Translations under genes and position numbers: made by a program | Shown here: positions 59,209-64,000 of the stretch, piece after piece | Numbering within the stretch: the stretch's first letter is position 1 | Layout: each line of letters starts with the position of its first letter | Notes under the pieces: model-generated | What the model saw: only the letters and a program-made list of their open reading frames with translations | What the model was told of the DNA's origin: nothing | The model's database searches: none | Source of the DNA: Spirochaetia bacterium | GTDB taxonomy: Bacteria > Spirochaetota > Spirochaetia > DSM-2461 | NCBI GenBank assembly: GCA_963666985.2 | Contig: CAXXIA010000002.1 | Coordinates: 1,440,001-1,504,000, forward strand | Direction: 5' to 3' | DNA length: 64,000 bases

Positions 59209-60069
59209 ATGAAAAGCGCGTTCAAGAATGAACAGGGAATGCGGATTATCCGCAAAGCCGTTCGTTCACTCTATGCTCAGAATCCTGCAAAAATGGAATC
59301 CCGATATCTGGACACCGGAGAATTCGGAGAAACGCATGTCCTTTCCGCCGGACCGGCAGAGGCTCCCCCGCTGGTGCTGCTTCACGGCACATCGAGCAAC
59401 TCGCTTACCTGGCTCGGCTACGTTCCACTCTGGTCAAAGCGGTTTCGCGTCCATGCCCTGGACATTCCGGGGCAGCCGGGTCTCAGTTCCCGCCTCCGGC
59501 CCAATCTCGCCGACGGATCCTATAACCGATGGCTGGAAAAAACCCTGGAAGCCCTGGAATGCGGCTCAGTGAATCTCGCCGGCCGCTCCATGGGCGGACT
59601 CATCGCTTTGGATTTCGCCACGACACGGCCAAAGATGGTTCGAAGTCTCATTCTGTTCTCTCCGGGAGGATTGGCACCGCCGCGCTTCAGTTTCTTTTTT
59701 CGAATTCTTCCCTTGGTGTTTTTCGGCAAAGCCGGAGCCGGAAGAATCAACCGCATCGTCTCAGGCGGTGCCAAGGTAAATCCTCAATATGAAGCCTTTT
59801 CCCTATTGGTCTCCCGTCACTTCATCCCGGTTACCGAACGCATACCGGTCTTCTCCGAGGAACGAATTCACGGCCTCCGTATTCCGGTGTTCTACATCGC
59901 CGGTGAAAAAGACGTGATGCTCCGCACTCGGGAAAGCGCCGAGAGACTGAAGGCTCTTGTTCCTGAAGCCGAAATCCATGTTCTCAAAAACGTCGGTCAC
60001 GTTGTAACCGAACACGGAGAAACCGTTATGGATTTTCTGATTCGGGATTCAAAGGTTCAAAAGGACTGA
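59209..60069 (+). CDS. Alpha/beta hydrolase
   Basis: LLHG, DIPGQPGLS, GRSMGG nucleophile elbow, GEKD, GH. Confidence 0.9.
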   Translation: MKSAFKNEQGMRIIRKAVRSLYAQNPAKMESRYLDTGEFGETHVLSAGPAEAPPLVLLHGTSSNSLTWLGYVPLWSKRFRVHALDIPGQPGLSSRLRPNLADGSYNRWLEKTLEALECGSVNLAGRSMGGLIALDFATTRPKMVRSLILFSPGGLAPPRFSFFFRILPLVFFGKAGAGRINRIVSGGAKVNPQYEAFSLLVSRHFIPVTERIPVFSEERIHGLRIPVFYIAGEKDVMLRTRESAERLKALVPEAEIHVLKNVGHVVTEHGETVMDFLIRDSKVQKD

Positions 60070-60102
60070 ATCGCGGCCGCCGAGAAAAGCTCATCGCTGG
60101 CG

Positions 60103-61248
60103 CTAACCAAGTACGAACGCCCAATCCGCCTCCGCCCGCGCACTCCGGCCGGCCTTGTCGGTAAAAACCACGGCGCCCTCTTCAAAACGCGCCGATGCAA
60201 CCTTCTCGAAACCTTTGGGTATTCGGCAAACCCCTTGAATATTTCTCACTTCAAACGGCGCCTTGCCGTCGAGTTTCATGGCGGTTCGCAATCCCCGTCC
60301 GGTTAAAACATTATCAACTCCGGAAACACTGAGTCCCGAGGCCAAATGTCCCAAAACTTCCTCAATGCCCAAACAGCAGTTCCGTCCGCTCCATGGTGCG
60401 CCGTGGCGGCCTCTATTTTCCTGCCAGAGCACCGTCGAAGGCAGAACGTCGGGATTCTTCAGTGAATACCAAAGGTAGCCGTGCGAAGGAACGGCGGCGG
60501 TAAACCACAAAGGTTCTCCGGTCCGGGGAAGTTCGGGAAACACCTGAATAATATCGACAAATCCTTCCCTCGCGGGGAAAACCGAACAGTCGGTAATGGC
60601 CGGATTCTTCCAAATCGTCGGAACCTCGGAAAGATTGTCGAAGAAAGCCCCGGGAGGCATGGACGCATATTCCCCGGAAGACGGCGGAGGAGGCGCCGTA
60701 TCGGTAATGCCGGTAATCAGCTTCGGGCATGAGAGGTAATGCATCCTGTCCCCTCTCATGATGGCGTGGTGCCCCACGGTGGTTGATCCGGCGAACCCTT
60801 CGATTCGATTAGAAACATAAAGAGCCGACTGACCGGATCGCAAAGCGATGCGCTTGGTAACCCGTCCCGGACGAATCTTCGTTTCAAGCGATGTTTCCAG
60901 AAACGCCTCAGCGCCCGCCGATTCGGATCCGTCCGATGCATCCGTCAGCGTCCAATCCGCTTCGCTCACTTCTCCGTGTACGGGATGGTTTTCCGAGTTC
61001 CAGACATTGTTCCCGCCGAATGGCAGGCAAAAGATATCGCCCCTCAGCGGATTCAGAACACCCGGTCCGGGAACAAAATCGCCTTCTTCCTGCCAGGGAC
61101 TCACGTAGTACGGCTCAACCGGCATATCCGTATCGGCAAAAAACGTTACGGGAGCCATATGCCCGCCCTTCACCGTAAGGGCCAGTTCAATCTCTCCGTT
61201 GCCCAGTTTCCAGGCTTCACGGCCGACTGCATTCGCTGTTTTCATCAT
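60103..61248 (-). CDS. Hypothetical protein, possibly a galactose mutarotase-like fold
   Basis: 381-aa ORF with HPVHG, GHH and CLGIEE motifs and a beta-rich pattern. Confidence 0.65.
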   Translation of the reverse strand: MMKTANAVGREAWKLGNGEIELALTVKGGHMAPVTFFADTDMPVEPYYVSPWQEEGDFVPGPGVLNPLRGDIFCLPFGGNNVWNSENHPVHGEVSEADWTLTDASDGSESAGAEAFLETSLETKIRPGRVTKRIALRSGQSALYVSNRIEGFAGSTTVGHHAIMRGDRMHYLSCPKLITGITDTAPPPPSSGEYASMPPGAFFDNLSEVPTIWKNPAITDCSVFPAREGFVDIIQVFPELPRTGEPLWFTAAVPSHGYLWYSLKNPDVLPSTVLWQENRGRHGAPWSGRNCCLGIEEVLGHLASGLSVSGVDNVLTGRGLRTAMKLDGKAPFEVRNIQGVCRIPKGFEKVASARFEEGAVVFTDKAGRSARAEADWAFVLG

Positions 61249-61511
61249 CGTCTCCTTCGGCCGGTTCGCGACGGGACACCCGCCGGTGTCGACGCACCTG
61301 CGACCGTGAATCGATTATACACCCCCATCACGCTTTTCGGAGTACGACAATCCCGCACGCTCATCGGAGTCCCCTTCTCCGCCCTATTTACTGCCGCCTC
61401 ATTCGCGTCCGCCAAATCCCGAAAGAACTCGCGCCGACATCACTGCGGCACGGTTGCACAGCCCGGCGGCGGGACTTCCGCGCAAAGCGTCCGCCCCTAT
61501 CTCCGCCGACA

Positions 61512-63038
61512 TCATGCACCGTTCCGCCGGGAGCGCACGTCAAGCCGGCCGACAAAACCGCCCGCTCCTTCGGGAACAATCCGCCACTCCGTTTCGGTCA
61601 GCGCCTCCAGAAACACCTTGTCGTGACTCACCAGAATCAGGGCTCCGGGGAAACCGCTCAGCGCCGTTTCCAGATGTCTCACCGAAAAAAGATCCATATG
61701 ATTCGTCGGCTCGTCCATAACAATCACTTCCGGAGAACGGGCCAAACCCAGAGCCAGAATCAGCTTGCGCGTCTCGCCGGGTGACGGAGACTCCGTACTC
61801 ATCAGGCGCACGGGATCGGAACCGAGCCGGTCCACGGCGGAGAACACCGCGCCCTTTTCCTCCCGGCTCAAGCCGCCGATCCTTTTCATCAAATCCCGGC
61901 CCGCATCCTCCGGCAGTTCCTGGGGAATCGACAAAATCTCCGCCGACATCGACCGCGAAGCTTCTAAAAGCAGTCCGATCAATCGGCTCTTCCCGGCGCC
62001 GTTGGGCCCTTCAACCGCGATTCGGTCTTCCGGCCCCACAATCAGATCCGGCCATTCCAACCCCCTGCCGCCGCCGAAATCCGTCCGCCCGGCCGGCAGT
62101 TCCGCGACACGATCCGACGACGAACGGCGCCCGGCGATAGTAATCCCGCCTTCCTGATTTCTCCGCAGGGAAGCGGAAGCGACACGTTCCCGCGCCGCCT
62201 CCACACGTCCGTCCATCCGAGTCTTCAAACGGCCCGCCTTTCCGTCCCGGCCGAGGATTCTCGCCGTATCAATCTTAAACCTCATATCGCTGTCTTTAGC
62301 ATCAAGCTTCTTCTTCGAGTTCTTTCCGGCATCCGCGGCAACCTTCTGCGCACGGCGGCGGGCTTCCTCTTCGAGCCGCTTTAATTCCCGTTTCGAAGCC
62401 TCGAACTCACGGAGGTTCCGAAGATCTTCCTTCCCGCGCTCCTCCAAACCCGCGGACACTCCGCCTGGCCGCAGGCGCACGGGTTTCTCATCGAGAAACA
62501 GAGTTCGGCCGCAGAGACAATCCAGAAGAGAGCGGTCGTGACTGACGATTAAACCGATACCCCGGTATTCCGAAAGCGCGCCGGAAAGAAGTTCGCGGGA
62601 CTGCGCATCCAGATGATTGGCCGGCTCGTCGGCCAGCAGCACATCGGGATCTTTCCACAGAGCTTCGGCAATCTGCGCCCGCTTCCGCTCGCCATGACTC
62701 AACGTATCCCATCGCCAGGGCCAATCGGATTCCAGATGAAGAAGAGAGGCCAGCCTGCCGGACGCGGCATCGGGGTAACACAGCAGATCCGCCAAACCGT
62801 CCGGAGGTTCATCGGTCCGCTGTTCGCAGAGCAGAACGGTTCCCGGAACATCGAGTCTTCCCGCGTAGGGATTCAGTTCTCCGGCAATAAGACGCAGCAG
62901 CGTGGACTTCCCGCACCCGTTCGGACCGACCAAACCGGTCCAGCCTGATTCCAGAGTCAAATTCAAATTTTCAAAAAGGGCGTATTCCTGAGACGGCCAA
63001 GTGTAATTGAAATCGGTGATTCGAAGAAAGAAAGACAT
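61512..63038 (-). CDS. ABC-F family ATP-binding protein
   Basis: Tandem NBDs (GPNGCGKST/LSHGE/DEPANHLD and GPNGAGKS/SPGE/DEPTNHMD), charged helical linker, no TM segment. Confidence 0.9.
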   Translation of the reverse strand: MSFFLRITDFNYTWPSQEYALFENLNLTLESGWTGLVGPNGCGKSTLLRLIAGELNPYAGRLDVPGTVLLCEQRTDEPPDGLADLLCYPDAASGRLASLLHLESDWPWRWDTLSHGERKRAQIAEALWKDPDVLLADEPANHLDAQSRELLSGALSEYRGIGLIVSHDRSLLDCLCGRTLFLDEKPVRLRPGGVSAGLEERGKEDLRNLREFEASKRELKRLEEEARRRAQKVAADAGKNSKKKLDAKDSDMRFKIDTARILGRDGKAGRLKTRMDGRVEAARERVASASLRRNQEGGITIAGRRSSSDRVAELPAGRTDFGGGRGLEWPDLIVGPEDRIAVEGPNGAGKSRLIGLLLEASRSMSAEILSIPQELPEDAGRDLMKRIGGLSREEKGAVFSAVDRLGSDPVRLMSTESPSPGETRKLILALGLARSPEVIVMDEPTNHMDLFSVRHLETALSGFPGALILVSHDKVFLEALTETEWRIVPEGAGGFVGRLDVRSRRNGA

Positions 63039-63127
63039 ATCGGAGCTCCTGCCTGAAGATGGCGCGGCCGGCCCGAACGGGCCGTGATCGGAGCACAGAC
63101 ACCGCGCATTCCCGCGTCAAACCACAT

Positions 63128-63187
63128 TCAAAACCGCACCACGGTACTGTGAATAACGGCCCGAAAAGATTCGGCGCGAAGGCTCAT
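63128..63187 (-). CDS. Putative leader peptide (uORF, 19 aa) of the ABC-F gene
   Basis: GGGAG SD then MSLRAESFRAVIHSTVVRF*, within a structured 5' leader. Confidence 0.55.
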   Translation of the reverse strand: MSLRAESFRAVIHSTVVRF

Positions 63188-63240
63188 GGTCTGTCTCCCG
63201 ATCAGCTGTCGATCACCGGCAAAGCTCCTGTTGGAAGGCC

Positions 63241-63269
63241 ATGCTAATTGAAGAAAAAGCCGAAGTCAA
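63241..63269 (-). promoter_or_regulatory. Sigma70-like promoter of the ABC-F leader
   Basis: TTGACT-17 nt-TAGCAT. Confidence 0.6.
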
Positions 63270-63422
63270 GAAAAGAAGCCGAAGAACAGCTATTCTCATT
63301 TTAGAAAAAGCGTCGGGGATAATACCTGCGGTATTTCCCTTGCCTTGGTTCGGCCATACCCGAGTAAACTTGGTCGCGGCTCTCACCTGCGTCGGGGATA
63401 GGAGGGGCGCGAAGCGGTCTAA

Positions 63423-63554
63423 CAGGCTGTTGAAAAAGTAAGATTTGGTTCGAAGATAGCGAGCGAGACTCGCAGCTCGCTGCCGAATCAAGCACAGAAA
63501 GCGCAGCGTATGGCTGTACGTGAGCATTTCGAGCATTGATTCAACGCCGTATAC
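63423..63554. mobile_element. MITE/REP-like structured element, apparently interrupted by the adjacent IS
   Basis: Starts CAGGCTGTTGAAAAA (IS-end-like) and has nested pairings (GAATCAA/TTGATTC, CGTA/TACG). No matching right end before the IS. Confidence 0.5.
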
Positions 63555-64000
63555 GGGGCTGTCTCATAAGAGGCGGCCCTTTTTCATGTCTGGAAGAATT
63601 CCCTTCTGAATTCAAGGGTGGTAGAATTCTTCATGGACACTAAAAAGAAGGCTACATTCAAAGATTACGAAATCAGCCAACAGATGCTCCTGCCTCCAAG
63701 TCTCGATGAACTGCTTCCCGCAAACCATATATCCCGCACAATCAACAACTTCATCGACACGATGGATACCAGTGAGCTCTTCAACGCCTATCCGGGAGGC
63801 GGTGCCAGCAGCTACCACCCGGTGATGATGCTGAAGGTTCTGGTGTTGGCCTACTCGAAACAGCTGTATTCCTGTCGTCAAATCGCAGACGCTCTTCGTG
63901 AGCAGATATGCTTCATGTGGATCAGTGGTAATAACCGTCCTGATTTCCACACGATAAACAGATTTCGTAACGGTCCATTGAAGAAGAGCATCGAGAAAAT
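63555..64000 (+). mobile_element. IS1182-family insertion sequence, left part
   Basis: Candidate left end GGGGCTGTCTCATAA with a hairpin, followed by the transposase ORF. Confidence 0.8.
63633..64000 (+). CDS. IS1182-family transposase (partial, runs off the right edge)
   Basis: Manual translation: MDTKKKATFKDYEISQQMLLPPSLDELLPANH...GGGASSYHPVMMLKVLVLAY...SCRQI...FMWISGNNRPDFHTINRFR. Confidence 0.9.
   Translation, partial: MDTKKKATFKDYEISQQMLLPPSLDELLPANHISRTINNFIDTMDTSELFNAYPGGGASSYHPVMMLKVLVLAYSKQLYSCRQIADALREQICFMWISGNNRPDFHTINRFRNGPLKKSIEK

Overview
A 64-kb bacterial chromosomal segment of moderately high GC. A spirochaete host is inferred from the stand-alone spirochaete/mitochondrial-type EF-G and the small beta-barrel and lipoprotein genes. 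Translation and DNA genes: fusA with a coupled RecA/KaiC-like ATPase, pheS-pheT, polB, a SMUG2-type glycosylase and a deoxynucleoside kinase. Metabolism and transport: thrH, a ferredoxin-thioredoxin reductase plus glutaredoxin pair, a cstA-membrane protein-small protein-ArsA/Get3 operon, a P1B ATPase plus MarR, a Mo-enzyme and ornithine cyclodeaminase-like gene, an Lrp-DUF917-hydantoinase-NCS1 cluster and a polar amino-acid ABC transporter. Signalling: a hybrid two-component pair. Accessory DNA: a type I R-M locus with an embedded rhuM, an ABC-F ATPase, and at the right edge a MITE-like element abutting an IS1182-family transposase. The most notable unannotated signals are non-coding: a Phe-leader-peptide attenuator before pheS, a uORF with SD-sequestering structure before the ABC-F gene, a long G-U-rich hairpin before the deoxynucleoside kinase, and a 62-bp-period repeat array between thrH and the histidine kinase. 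All family assignments come from motif recognition by eye; no database searches or folding programs were run.
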